The notes under the pieces: model-generated
Told to the model about the DNA's origin: nothing
Database searches by the model: none
The model's input: the letters and a program-made list of their open reading frames with translations, nothing else
Program-made: the position numbers and the translations under genes
In this document: positions 7,465 through 17,800 of the stretch, piece after piece
How positions within the stretch are numbered: position 1 is the stretch's first letter
Layout of the letters: every line of letters begins with the position of its first letter
Assembly: GCA_039679545.1 (NCBI GenBank)
Contig: JBDKUT010000160.1
Coordinates: 1-47,721, forward strand
Direction of reading: 5' to 3'
Source of the DNA: Thermotogota bacterium
GTDB taxonomy: Bacteria > Bipolaricaulota > Bipolaricaulia > UBA7950 > UBA9294
DNA length: 47,721 bases

Positions 7465-10353
7465 CTAGTCCGTGGCGCCGGATTCGGAGGCCGCCGCGAC
7501 GCGCACGATGAGATCGCGGCAGCGAGCCGCCTCTTCGGGCGCGGGGTGTGCATCGCAGATCTCGAGAGCCGCCTGGGCGTGCTCCGCCGCGTCGCTGAGC
7601 CGATTCATCTCGAGGGCAATCTCGGCGAGCACTCGATGGCAATAGGCGGCACTCAGCCGCTGGTGCACCCGCTCCGCGAGGTTGAGCGACTCGCTCAGCC
7701 GGGCCGACGCGTCCTCCAAGCGCCCCAGGCGCCGATCGACCTGTGCGACCTCGATGAGACACTCCATTTGCCCGTAGGGGTCGATGTCCAGGCGCCGACG
7801 GATCGCCGCCGACTTCAGGAACCCCGCGCGAGCCTCTTCGAACTGCTGAAGCCGCAGGTCGCACAATGCGAGCGAGAAGGCTCCCAATGCAAGTCCCCAC
7901 GCGTCGCCAAGCTCTGTCCTCACCTCGATGCTACGCTTGACCGACTTGACGGCTTTCTCGGGAGCGGCGTCGACGTATCGGCCGCTGACGGCCTCCGCCC
8001 CCGCCGCGAATTCCCATCTGTGCCCTTGAGCCTCGAGGAAGGCAAGGTCCTCCTCGATCTCCGTCGTGGTGAGTCCCACGTTGCGATACCCCGAGAACGC
8101 GACGAGCACGTGAATGAACGAGCTGTTCAGGTCGCGCGGCCCTTCTCGCAGCGCACGGCAGCTCTCTCCAAAGAGCCGCTCGGCCTCCTCGACGTCGAAA
8201 AAGCGCGTGAACCAGGCTTCCAATCCGCGAAGGTATCCACATACAGGTGGAGGGGCTCCCCGCTCGGCGGCGGCCATGGTTGCCGCTCGGAAGAGCTCGC
8301 GGCCTTCGGCGAACCGCGTCGTCATGTCACACAAAAGATACAGGCCCATTGCCGATTGCCGCAGCTCGGCGAACCGTCCTTCCACGACTGCATGGCGCCA
8401 TCCGGCATACACGTTGGCTGCTTCACGACCCAAGACCGTGAGGGCGTCCTTCTGGTCGGTGCCCTTGAGTCGGCTCTCCTGGCCGGAGAGCATGGCAAGG
8501 TAGTACCCGGCATGTCTCGCTTCCAGACGCGCGCGCTCCTCGGGAAGTGCCTGGAGTCGCTCCTCCGCAAATTGGCGGACGATCTCGAGCATCTCGAATC
8601 GGTCCGACGAAGAACGCCGAACCAGGGACTTCCCGACCAAAGAGGCGATGGTCGGGAGCGATGTTGATGCGACGCGCTCGGCCGCCTCAGCGCAGAATCC
8701 TCCGCGGAACACGGACAGAGCCCGGAACGCCTCGCGTCCGGAATGATCGAGGAGCGCCCACGATCCCTCGAACGCCGCGCGCAGGCTGCGGTGACGGCGC
8801 GGCGCGAGCGTCTTCTTCGCGCCGAGGAAGCCCAATCCGCGTGCGATCTCCTCGGCGATTGCCGGGCACGTCATCGTGCGGCTCCACGACGCGGCCAGCT
8901 CGATCCCCAGCGGGAGTCCTTGGAGAAGCCGGCAGATCCCGCCGATAGACTCCAGCTCCTCCGGCGATGGGTCGAAGTGCGCGTCGGAACGTTTCGCCGC
9001 CTGAAGAAACATCCGAACCGCGGGGAAGTCGCGAAGCTCTTCGATGGGATGTTCGTCCTGCGGGTAGGCCAGCCCTTCGAGGGGGTAGACCCACTCGAAG
9101 TCGATGTCGAGCTGCTGACGCGACGTAACGAGGAAACGAGGCCCGCCCGGGACATCCGCCAACGCCTGCAGCCACCGGAGGTCCCGGCCCAGGTGTTCGA
9201 CGTTGTCCAGGATGAGGAGGATCGAGCGTCCCCGCAATTGCTCGACCAGGTCGTCGAGCAGCGAGGCTCCGCCGACCCGCGATCCGTGCGAACGTGACGC
9301 GTCGAGGGCTTCGGCAATGGCAGCCGGGGCGAGGGCGGCAGACTCAACCGCTGCGAGGGGTACGAATACGACGCCCTCGGGGAACTGCGGCGCGCCGCAA
9401 CGCGCTGCTTCCACCGCCAACCGCGTTTTGCCGCTTCCTCCCACCCCCGTCACAGTCACGACCCGGCAGTCCTCGCGCGTAAGGAGCTCGATCAGGTGCT
9501 TCACATCCTCTTCTCGGCCGAAGAACGGTGTGCGGAACTTCGGCAACGATGTCGGAGGCGACGGGTGTGGCGGGCGAGCGGCAGCGACGTTGGCTGTTGC
9601 CGTACGGATCACCTCCGCGAGCGCGGCCGTCTCCCCGCACGGGCAGATCGACAACTCCTCCTGAAGCAGTCGCACACACTCGTCGAACTGTCGCAACGCA
9701 CCGGCCCGATCGCCCATGGCCGCTCGCAGGCGCATCACTCGGCGGTGGGCCGGCTCGTGCAGCGGCTGAGCGATCAGCTGACGCTGTGCGTAGCTCAGGG
9801 CGCGTTCGGGTTGGCCGGCTTGCTCGAAGTAATCCGCCAACAAGTCGAGAGCCCCCATGAGTTCTTCGCTGAGTACGTCGGCCTCGGAGTACTGCCATTC
9901 CTCGTAGGAGCGGCTGTCGTCCACGGTGAATCCAGCAAGCAGACGGTCCTGGCAGAGGTTGACGGCCTCCTCCAGCTGGGCGGCTCCGCGCTCGCAAAGA
10001 ACGACGCCCGGATGGGAGTGAGCTCGGCAAGGGCTCAGTGCCCGTCGGAACTCCACGATGTCGATCCAGAGTCCGGAGTCGGGGCGAAGACCAATCATGT
10101 GCCGTGTCGACGTCACCCACTCCCCGAGGCGTGTCTGGTTCAGGAGCCATAGAGCGTTCCGAAGCAGCGCGTAGGCGCGCGAGCTCTCCTGCTCTGGCCA
10201 GAGAAGCGCGGCCAGGGCGTCGCGGCTGTGCGCACTCTGCGTGACAGCAAGGTAGGCGAGAAGCGCGAGCGCTTTGCGGCGCGGAACGGTCACCGGCTCA
10301 CCGGCGCATTCCACCTGAGGATAGCCGAACAAGCGTATGCGAAGTGGTTCCAC
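7465..10353 (-). CDS. AfsR/SARP-like regulator: wHTH + BTAD + NB-ARC ATPase + TPR
   Basis: GTG at 10353 follows AGGAGAGGTG. IRLFGYP, RRKALALLAYL, PLHEPAHRRVM, Walker A GVGGSGKT, Walker B LLILDNVEH, GLPL, TPR-like tail. Confidence 0.9.
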   Translation of the reverse strand: MEPLRIRLFGYPQVECAGEPVTVPRRKALALLAYLAVTQSAHSRDALAALLWPEQESSRAYALLRNALWLLNQTRLGEWVTSTRHMIGLRPDSGLWIDIVEFRRALSPCRAHSHPGVVLCERGAAQLEEAVNLCQDRLLAGFTVDDSRSYEEWQYSEADVLSEELMGALDLLADYFEQAGQPERALSYAQRQLIAQPLHEPAHRRVMRLRAAMGDRAGALRQFDECVRLLQEELSICPCGETAALAEVIRTATANVAAARPPHPSPPTSLPKFRTPFFGREEDVKHLIELLTREDCRVVTVTGVGGSGKTRLAVEAARCGAPQFPEGVVFVPLAAVESAALAPAAIAEALDASRSHGSRVGGASLLDDLVEQLRGRSILLILDNVEHLGRDLRWLQALADVPGGPRFLVTSRQQLDIDFEWVYPLEGLAYPQDEHPIEELRDFPAVRMFLQAAKRSDAHFDPSPEELESIGGICRLLQGLPLGIELAASWSRTMTCPAIAEEIARGLGFLGAKKTLAPRRHRSLRAAFEGSWALLDHSGREAFRALSVFRGGFCAEAAERVASTSLPTIASLVGKSLVRRSSSDRFEMLEIVRQFAEERLQALPEERARLEARHAGYYLAMLSGQESRLKGTDQKDALTVLGREAANVYAGWRHAVVEGRFAELRQSAMGLYLLCDMTTRFAEGRELFRAATMAAAERGAPPPVCGYLRGLEAWFTRFFDVEEAERLFGESCRALREGPRDLNSSFIHVLVAFSGYRNVGLTTTEIEEDLAFLEAQGHRWEFAAGAEAVSGRYVDAAPEKAVKSVKRSIEVRTELGDAWGLALGAFSLALCDLRLQQFEEARAGFLKSAAIRRRLDIDPYGQMECLIEVAQVDRRLGRLEDASARLSESLNLAERVHQRLSAAYCHRVLAEIALEMNRLSDAAEHAQAALEICDAHPAPEEAARCRDLIVRVAAASESGATD

Positions 10354-10380
10354 CTCACCTCTCCTTGCCCGAGAAGGATC

Positions 10381-10409
10381 AGTATACGATGGTCGCTCCA
10401 TCCCGGAAA
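10381..10409 (-). promoter_or_regulatory. Putative promoter TTTCCG-N17-TATACT for the regulator
   Basis: agtata at 10381-10386 and cggaaa at 10404-10409. Supports the GTG start at 10353. Confidence 0.4.
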
Positions 10410-10462
10410 CGGAATGGAGACGACCGCCATGATACCGTGCGGGGGACGGAGCGGGGGATGCG

Positions 10463-11182
10463 ATGGAGTCTGGCGGAAGCCTAGCGCAGGTGCTGGAGCG
10501 GGCCGACGTAGCGTTTCGGCAAGGTCGACCGGCGACCGCGTCGGTGTGGCACGCTCTGGTATGCTCGCTTCTCGATCGGCAGATCCAGACTGGCCGGAAG
10601 GCGGGACTGTTTGCCCTGTCTCCTGGGGATTGGGAGCGCGGTCCGCATCTTTGGACCGGCGAACCGATTCGCACGAAGCTGGCGACCGAGCAAGTCTTCT
10701 CCCAGGAGGCTGCCCGTCTCCTCTGCCAGCTTGGAGGCAACGACCCAGCGGTCGAGCGAGCCGTACAGGCAGCCTCTGTACGCTTGGCGGGAACCTGCTA
10801 TGCCGTGCAACACTGCACCATCGGTGAGTGCGCAACCAGCTTCATCGGCTACGTCCGGTTCGTAGCAGCGGCCCTCGGAGACGACGCGCACGCCGAGATC
10901 GCACCACGGATCCAGACCCTTTCCCAGCATCGCCTCGGGGACGGCAGGTGGAAGCGCTTCCCGCTCTTCTACACCGCGCTCGTCTTGTCAGAGCTTCGCT
11001 TGCCGGCGGCGAAGGACGAGCTTCTGTACGCGCGTGAAGCGTGTGTCCGAGCGGCCCGACACCATTCGGTTGACGAGCCGTACGCCGACCGACGCGCGCG
11101 GCTGTTGAGCGAGGTCTTCGGCGAGGAATCGGGAGCAAACGCTGGCGCCGCCTTGAGGCGGGAGAGCCAGGCGCTCGTCTGA
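10463..11182 (+). CDS. Hypothetical protein (239 aa), divergent from the regulator
   Basis: Natural-looking composition with W/C/H motifs (HCTIGEC, GDGRWKRFPLFYT); fills the gap between neighbouring genes. Confidence 0.7.
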   Translation: MESGGSLAQVLERADVAFRQGRPATASVWHALVCSLLDRQIQTGRKAGLFALSPGDWERGPHLWTGEPIRTKLATEQVFSQEAARLLCQLGGNDPAVERAVQAASVRLAGTCYAVQHCTIGECATSFIGYVRFVAAALGDDAHAEIAPRIQTLSQHRLGDGRWKRFPLFYTALVLSELRLPAAKDELLYAREACVRAARHHSVDEPYADRRARLLSEVFGEESGANAGAALRRESQALV

Positions 11183-11329
11183 CGACGCGTTCGAAGCTCG
11201 GCGCCTCGGCGTACCACCTTTGCTGTGTCCCTCGCACTCTCATTCTCAGTTGCGGACCGTCGGCCCGCCGGTCGTGGAGAGGGACACAGACGACGAGGAG
11301 TGATAGCATCGTTCGGGAAGGAGGTCGTC

Positions 11330-12121
11330 GTGTTTGGTCTTGCGGAGAAGCGGCGAGCGCGGCTGCGGGCGCGGCCGTTCCCGGACGAGTGGACGGCGAT
11401 CCTCGACGACGTTCCTCTTTGCCGGCGGCTTCCGCGCGCGGGCTTCTCGGAACTGCAGGGGCACGTCCAGGTCTTCCTGGCGGAGAAGCGATTCGAAGGC
11501 GCCGGCGGGTTTGCGGTCGACGATGCCGTGCGACTGACGATCGCAGGCCAGGCGTGCGTCCTCCTTCTCCATCGGGTATCGAGATCCTTCCCGAAGCTCC
11601 GCTCGATCATCGTCTACCCGGGGGAGTACGTTGCCCCACTGGAGGAGGTCGACGACAACGGCTTCGTGATGGAAGACGTCGAATCGCGGTCCGGGGAGTC
11701 GTGGGCGCACGGGAGCCTCGTCCTCTCGTGGGACGACGTCCTCGCCGACCTGGAAGACCCCTGCGGTGAGCTGAACGTCGTGTTGCACGAGTTCGTACAT
11801 CAGCTTGACGCGGAGACGGGCGAGATGAACGGTTGCCCATCCATCGCCGACCCCGCGCTGCGGGCCGATTGGGCGCGCGAGATGCACGCCGCGTTCACCG
11901 ACCACCGTCGGCGGGTCGACCGGGGCAGACCGACCCTCTTGGATCCGTATGCCGCTGAGGAGCCGTCCGAATTCTTTGCCGTCGTCACGGAGGCGTTTTT
12001 CCAGCAACCGCGGCGAATCCTTGCGACGCTCCCGGCGGTGTACGGCGTGCTGTGCCGGTACTACGAGCAAGACCCGGCCACGTGGCCGCTTGCGGAGGGG
12101 GAGCCGTCCGTCGATTCGTGA
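11330..12121 (+). CDS. mtfA: Zinc metallopeptidase M90 (MtfA family)
   Basis: GTG follows AAGGAGG. FLAEKRFEG, IIVYP, GESW, NVVLHEFVHQLD, DPYAAEEPSEFFAVVTEAFF. Confidence 0.88.
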   Translation: MFGLAEKRRARLRARPFPDEWTAILDDVPLCRRLPRAGFSELQGHVQVFLAEKRFEGAGGFAVDDAVRLTIAGQACVLLLHRVSRSFPKLRSIIVYPGEYVAPLEEVDDNGFVMEDVESRSGESWAHGSLVLSWDDVLADLEDPCGELNVVLHEFVHQLDAETGEMNGCPSIADPALRADWAREMHAAFTDHRRRVDRGRPTLLDPYAAEEPSEFFAVVTEAFFQQPRRILATLPAVYGVLCRYYEQDPATWPLAEGEPSVDS

Positions 12122-12149
12122 GAGTCGAGACGGCAGTGGGGAGGTCCGA

Positions 12150-14015
12150 ATGAGACTTGAAGAGATGTTGTCGACCTTGTCGGCGGAGGTGTCGGGGGCT
12201 CGCGCGAAGGACATGGTCGCAGAGATCGCCCGCTTTCATCGTACGCAAGCGTCCCCGGGATACGACGAGGCACTCGGCGTTGTTCGCGAGCGGCTGACCG
12301 GCTTCCACGTTGCGACGTGCACCCACGAGTACCCCGCCGACGGGCGCTCGAAGACCTACGCTTGGACGTCGCCGCCCGGCTGGACCGTGCGGGGCGGCGC
12401 ACTCGCCCAGACGACCCCCGACGAGAGGTGTCTGGTCTCCTTCGATGAGATCCCTACGTGCATCGCGGCCCACTCCCCCGGGGGCGCATTCGAGGGAGAT
12501 CTTGTTCACGTCAGCAGAGGCGACGCCGACGCGGACTACGCCGCCGTGGACGTCCGAGGCCACGTCGTTCTCGCTTGCGGTCGAGCCTCCGAAGTGGCGA
12601 AGCGGGCCGGGCGCAAGGGCGCGGTCGGCGTTGTGATCTACCCCGACGACGAACGATCTGCGGCGTCGCATGACCTCGTCGGCTATCACGGGATCTTCCC
12701 CACCGCGGACGAGATCCCCCACTTGGTTCCGACCTTCTCGGTGTCGCGCCGCACCGCCGACGGTCTCCTCCGCGCGCTCTCGCGGGACACGGTCCGCTTG
12801 CGAGGCGAAATCGATGCCGAGTTCACCGATCGGCCCCTCCGAGTCCTCGAAGCGTGGATTGACGGCACCGATCCCGCGGCCGGCGAAATCCTCCTCATGG
12901 CGCACCTTTGTCACCCGCGTCCATCCGCCAACGACAACGCTTCGGGGAGCGCCGTCCTCGTGGAGGCTGCCCGCGTTCTCCGCAAGACGGCCAACCTCCT
13001 CCCGTCCCGGGCGGGAATCCGGTTCTTATGGGTTCCCGAGTTCTACGGTACGCTCCCCTGGGCGGCGGCACACGTCCGCGAGCTCGAGCGCGTTCGCTAC
13101 TCGTTCAACCTCGACATGGTCGGACAGTCTCCGGAGAGGATCGGAGAGCCGCTTCGAATCTTCCGCGCGCCGAACCACCTGCCGACGTACGTTCACGCGT
13201 TCGTCGAACCTCTTCTTGCGATGGTGGCGAGCCTGCCGGTCGCAGCGCCGGGCGGCTCGCGCCGACCTCTCCACTGGAGCTACGACGCGCCGAGCGGCGG
13301 AAGCGACCACCTCGTGTTGGCCGCGCCCCCGCACGGGATTCCCTCGTTTATGGTTGGACACGACGATCCGTACTGGCACACAAGTCTCGACTCGATCGAG
13401 AACGTCGATCCCACTCGCCTCCAGCACGTCGGACTGTTCGCCTGCGCCGCCGCCCTGCTTCCGCCGTGCGTCACGGACGACGACCGCCTGTTCGGATGGC
13501 TCTTCAGCTACGGCGCTCGCGAGCTTGCCCGTGCCACCGCTCTTGCGCAGGGCTTGGACCCCGAACTGGGGCACGAGCTTCTCGACATCGCGTTGTCGAT
13601 CGAGACCAAGCGAGCCCGGACAGTCGAGGCTCTCGGAGTCGACGCCCGGATGGCCGGGCTTCTCCATCGCCATGAAGACGCGCTTCGGGGGGTGCGAGAT
13701 CATTTCGCCGCCTTCCTGTCCCCCACGAATCCGCGCTTGGCGAAGACGCACGCCGAGTCGCCGACTCGGCGGATCGACGGGCCGCTTGTCTACGCCGTGA
13801 CGGACTTCTTCACGGAGGAGGAGACACGTTTCTTCAAAGACAGGCTCTCGGCGAATCACCGAGCGCTCGCCGAGGGGCTCCTCGCGCTCTGCGACGGCAG
13901 CCGGTCAGCCAGTCAGATCGCTCTTCAGTTGTCGCTCGACGTCGGCCGCCTGATTCCGGCGGAGGACGTCGAAGCGGGCGTCGCACTCCTCCGCAAGGTC
14001 GGCTACGTGGCCTGA
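12150..14015 (+). CDS. M28-family peptidase with PA domain (DUF4910-like) and C-terminal HTH
   Basis: ATG follows GGAGG. AHLCHP, ANDNASG, VPEFYG, NLDMVG, GGSDH, YWHTSLD; tail LCDGSRSASQI. Confidence 0.85.
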   Translation: MRLEEMLSTLSAEVSGARAKDMVAEIARFHRTQASPGYDEALGVVRERLTGFHVATCTHEYPADGRSKTYAWTSPPGWTVRGGALAQTTPDERCLVSFDEIPTCIAAHSPGGAFEGDLVHVSRGDADADYAAVDVRGHVVLACGRASEVAKRAGRKGAVGVVIYPDDERSAASHDLVGYHGIFPTADEIPHLVPTFSVSRRTADGLLRALSRDTVRLRGEIDAEFTDRPLRVLEAWIDGTDPAAGEILLMAHLCHPRPSANDNASGSAVLVEAARVLRKTANLLPSRAGIRFLWVPEFYGTLPWAAAHVRELERVRYSFNLDMVGQSPERIGEPLRIFRAPNHLPTYVHAFVEPLLAMVASLPVAAPGGSRRPLHWSYDAPSGGSDHLVLAAPPHGIPSFMVGHDDPYWHTSLDSIENVDPTRLQHVGLFACAAALLPPCVTDDDRLFGWLFSYGARELARATALAQGLDPELGHELLDIALSIETKRARTVEALGVDARMAGLLHRHEDALRGVRDHFAAFLSPTNPRLAKTHAESPTRRIDGPLVYAVTDFFTEEETRFFKDRLSANHRALAEGLLALCDGSRSASQIALQLSLDVGRLIPAEDVEAGVALLRKVGYVA

Positions 14016-14018
14016 GCA

Positions 14019-14036
14019 TTCCGCCTTCCGGCGGGG
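14019..14036. terminator. GC hairpin between convergent genes
   Basis: ccgcc-ttcc-ggcgg at 14021-14034; no U tract. Confidence 0.3.
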
Positions 14037-14045
14037 CCGTCTTCA

Positions 14046-14627
14046 CTAGAGATTCGCGACAGCCTCGCGTCCGGCGGCGCGTGCGGCGTCCATCAGATCT
14101 GGTCGTTTGGAGGCGTCGGAACGACTCGACACGTTTGGTGCAAGCACCGTGGCCGTCAACGTCATACCGACGTAGGTGAACGCATCCTGGAACATCCCGA
14201 CCACGTGTCGGGCCGTCGCGGGATCCGAGTCACCCATCGAAGCGACGAGAACCGCTCGCTTCCCGGCAAATGCGGCGCGATGCGCCGGGTTGTGCCAGGC
14301 CCCGTACCAGCGATCGACGAACGTCTTCAGCTGGGCCGATGGGCCCCACCAGTATACGGGGGTCGCAAGAGCCCACACGTCGCTCTCGACCATTCGGTTC
14401 ACAAGCTCTTGCATGTCGTCGTGCTGCACGCAGACGCCCGCCTTCAGACACGCGTCGCACGCTCGGCAGGGCGCGATCCTCTTGTCTGCTAAGACGGCTC
14501 GCTCCACCGCGGCGCCCCGCTGCTCCGCCGCGCGGAGGACTTCCTCAAGCAGCGTCGACGAGTTCCCGTCTAGCCGTGGGCTCCCGAACACCCCCAACAC
14601 TCGCGGTGTTCTTTCCGACTTGACCAT
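14046..14627 (-). CDS. Iron-sulfur flavoprotein / NADPH-dependent FMN reductase family
   Basis: GSPRLDGNS, CRACDAC-x5-C, DDM, ATPVYW, KTFVDR; AAAGGAG RBS. Confidence 0.9.
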   Translation of the reverse strand: MVKSERTPRVLGVFGSPRLDGNSSTLLEEVLRAAEQRGAAVERAVLADKRIAPCRACDACLKAGVCVQHDDMQELVNRMVESDVWALATPVYWWGPSAQLKTFVDRWYGAWHNPAHRAAFAGKRAVLVASMGDSDPATARHVVGMFQDAFTYVGMTLTATVLAPNVSSRSDASKRPDLMDAARAAGREAVANL

Positions 14628-14831
14628 GACCCTCTCCTTTCCGGAACGTCCGATGCTTCCGATGCTACGCTTGTACCCAGTTCGTGCGCCAGGCGGTGCG
14701 GGAGATTCTAGCGGGCTCGTTCCCGAACTGGTCCGGGCCCTCGTCGAGAAGTGCAGATTGGCCGCGGGCAAGTTCCAGCGCTAGCATGCAAGCAGGAAAC
14801 GAAGCAGAGCCACCTGAGGAGATGTCAAGCG

Positions 14832-17800
14832 ATGGCACGCCACGAAAAACGAAGCTCCGTGCCCGACAGAACCGTGCGCCCGCGCGCCGCGAAGGCCGAT
14901 CCGGCGGCCCAGGGTTCCACGCCTGCCGACGCGGTGGCCTACCGCCGCTACCTTGAGTTGGCCACGGAGGGCATCTGGCGCTACGAGGTTCGCCCCGCCG
15001 TCCGCACAAGCGGGCCTCCCGGGAAGCAGGCGGAGGCCATCCTGGAACGGTCGGCTCTCGTCGAGTGCAATGCCGCCTTCGCGCGCCTGCACGGCTTCGC
15101 ACGTCCGGAGGACATGCTCGGCCTCCCGCTCTCCAAGCTGCTGGCCGGCTCGCACGATGAGCAGGTGCGGTTCATCGCACATTCCATCGAGTCGGGATAT
15201 CGCATCCTCGATGCCGAGTCTGCGACGCTGGACAAGCAGGGTCGAACCGTCTGGACGCTGAACAACGTCCTCGGAATCGTCGAGCGCGGCAACCTCGTCG
15301 GCGGCTGGGGATCGACCCGTGACATCACCGATCGAAAGGCGGCCGAAGCCGCCCTCCAGGCGAGCGAAGATCGCCTGTCGCTGGCTCTCAATGCGGCCAG
15401 CGAAGGCGTGTACGACATCAACCTGGTGACCGGAGAAAGCTACTACAGTCCCGGGTACTACACCATGCTCGGATTTGCTCCGGGCGAGTTCGCCCCCAGC
15501 GACGATGCGTGGGAGAGGCTGCTGCACCCGGACGACCGGGCACGCGCCCACGAGATGCTGAACCGCTGTCTGAGTGGGGAAGTCGACGAGGCTCAGACGG
15601 AGTTCCGCTTGCGGACAAAGGCCGGAAAATGGAGGCACATCCAAAGCCGCGGAAGGATCGTCCTGCGCGATGACAAAGGGAAGGCGTTACGCCTCGTGGG
15701 CACCCATCGGGACATCACCGCATACTGGGAAGCGAGGGAAGAGCTTCGCCAGGAACGGGATCGCGCCCGCGCGTACTTCGACATCGCTGAGGTCATGTTG
15801 GTCGCCTTGGATCCCCAGGGCCGGATTGCGCTCATCAACCGTAAGGGATGCCGCCTCCTTGGATACGACGGGCCGGAGAAGCTGATCGGTGAGGACTGGT
15901 TCAAGACATGTCTCCCCTCCGACGCGGTCGACAAAATGCAGGCCGTGTATCGCGAGATGATGGTCGGCCATATTCAACCGCTGGAGTACCACGAGAACCC
16001 CGTTCTGACCAGATCCGGGCAGCTGCGAGAGGTGGCGTGGCACAACGCTCTGCTCTACGACTCCGAGGGCAAGGTCATAGGGTCGCTGAGCTCGGGCGAG
16101 GACATCACCGAGCGCCGTCAGGCAGAGCAGGCGTTGGCGAGAACCGTGACGCTTCTGTCGCGATCCGAAGAGATCTCCCACGTTGGAAGCTGGGAGCTGG
16201 ACCTCAGCGCCGGCCGACTGTTCTGGTCCGACGAGCTCTACCGGATCTTCGGCCTCGAGCCACAGGAGTCTCCACCCACGGCCGACGCGTTCTACAGCAT
16301 CCTCCATCCGGACGATCGGGACGCTGTGGGAGCCGCCTACACGAAGGCCTTGCGCGATGGGAAGGAGAGCTACGAGAGCTTGCATCGCCTAGTCCGCCCG
16401 CGGACCGGCGAGGTCCGCTACGTGCACGAGAAGTGCAGCTTCATACGTGATGCGGCGGGCACCCCACTGCAGGTCTATGGGATCGTCGAGGACATCACGG
16501 AGCGCCGGCGTGCCGAGGCCGCTCTCCAGGAGAGCGAGAGCAAGTACAGGATCCTCGTCGACACCGCCAGCGAAGCGGTGTTCGTGGCACAGGACGGTAT
16601 TCTGAAGTTCGCCAATCCCGCGACGGCAAGGATCCTGGGACGCACGCCCGAGGAGACCGGGTCCCGCTCGTTTGCTGAGTTCATTCACCCCGACGATCGA
16701 GCGATGGTCGTCGAGCGCCACGCTCGTCGCCTGGCGGGAGAGAACGTCGAGACGGGGTATGCATTCCGGGTTCTCCATGCGGACGGCACGGTGCGCTGGG
16801 TCGAGCTCAACGCCGTCCGCCTCGAGTGGGACGGCCGGCCGGCGACCCTGAATTTCGTCACCGACATCACCGAGCGGACTCTCGCCGAGGAGGCCCTCGC
16901 AGAGAGCGAGGAGCGGTTCCGGCAGATTTTCGCCGAGAGCCCCCTGGGGATCGTCTCCTGCGACAGAACCTTTCGGTTTACACGAGTCAACCGAGCATTC
17001 TGCCGCATGCTCGGGTACACCGAAGACGAACTTCTCTCCCGCTCTTTCGTGGACGTCACCCATCCCGACCACGTGGCCGGTGACGTCGAGTTCGTGACGA
17101 GGCTTCTTCGCGGCGAGGTCCCCTTGTACCGGACCGAGAAGCGCTACGTCCGCAAGGATGGCGAAGTCCTGTGGGCATCGATCGTGGTTTCTGCCCTTCG
17201 CGACGCACATGGACGATTTCTCCACTTCGTCGGGATGATCGAGGACATCACGGCCCGACGGGCCGTGGAGGCCGAGCTCGTTGAGCGTGAGAGGCGGTAC
17301 CGCGAGCTGGCGAACGACCTGCCGACGTGCGTGTTCGAGGCCGACCCGCAGGGGCGTCTGACCTTCGCAAACCGTACGGGCCTTGATTGGTTCGGCTACT
17401 CTGAAGAGGAGGTCAGAGCCGGAAGGATGGTCTTCAAGATGGTCGCCGCGGAGCAACGCGACCGCGCGATGAGGACGTTCCGGCAGGCGCTCGAGAATGG
17501 CTCCGTCCCCACCGGCGAGTACACGGCGATTCGAAAAGACGGCTCCACGTTCCCGGCCCTCATCTCCTCCCGCGCCATCGTGAAGGATGGACGCCCTGTC
17601 GGCATCCGCGGCATTCTGATTGACATCAGCGAGCGGGTCGAAGCGGCACGCCGAGTCCAGAATGCCCTCTCTGAGACGATCCATGCCCTCGCGGTCACCA
17701 CGGAGATGCGCGATCCGTACACAGCGGGGCACCAAGAGCGCGTCACGCAGCTTGCGTGCGCCATCGGACAGGAGATGGGAATCTCCGGAGATCGCCTCGA

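Noticed and set aside
7465..10353. NB-ARC/TPR protein as an Avs-type antiphage system
   Set aside because: The N-terminus is a wHTH-BTAD regulatory module, not a nuclease or other effector, and there is no defence-island context.
10354..10740. Long N-terminal extensions in the ORF track (regulator, korA/korB-like, aminotransferase, panB, maf, CofE-like)
   Set aside because: They overlap neighbouring genes, and for most of them an internal start has a clear Shine-Dalgarno site at the expected family N-terminus.
15321..17630. Periodic GACATCAC repeats as a CRISPR or DNA repeat array
   Set aside because: They encode PAC-terminal DIT motifs inside one CDS and are spaced about 380 nt apart.
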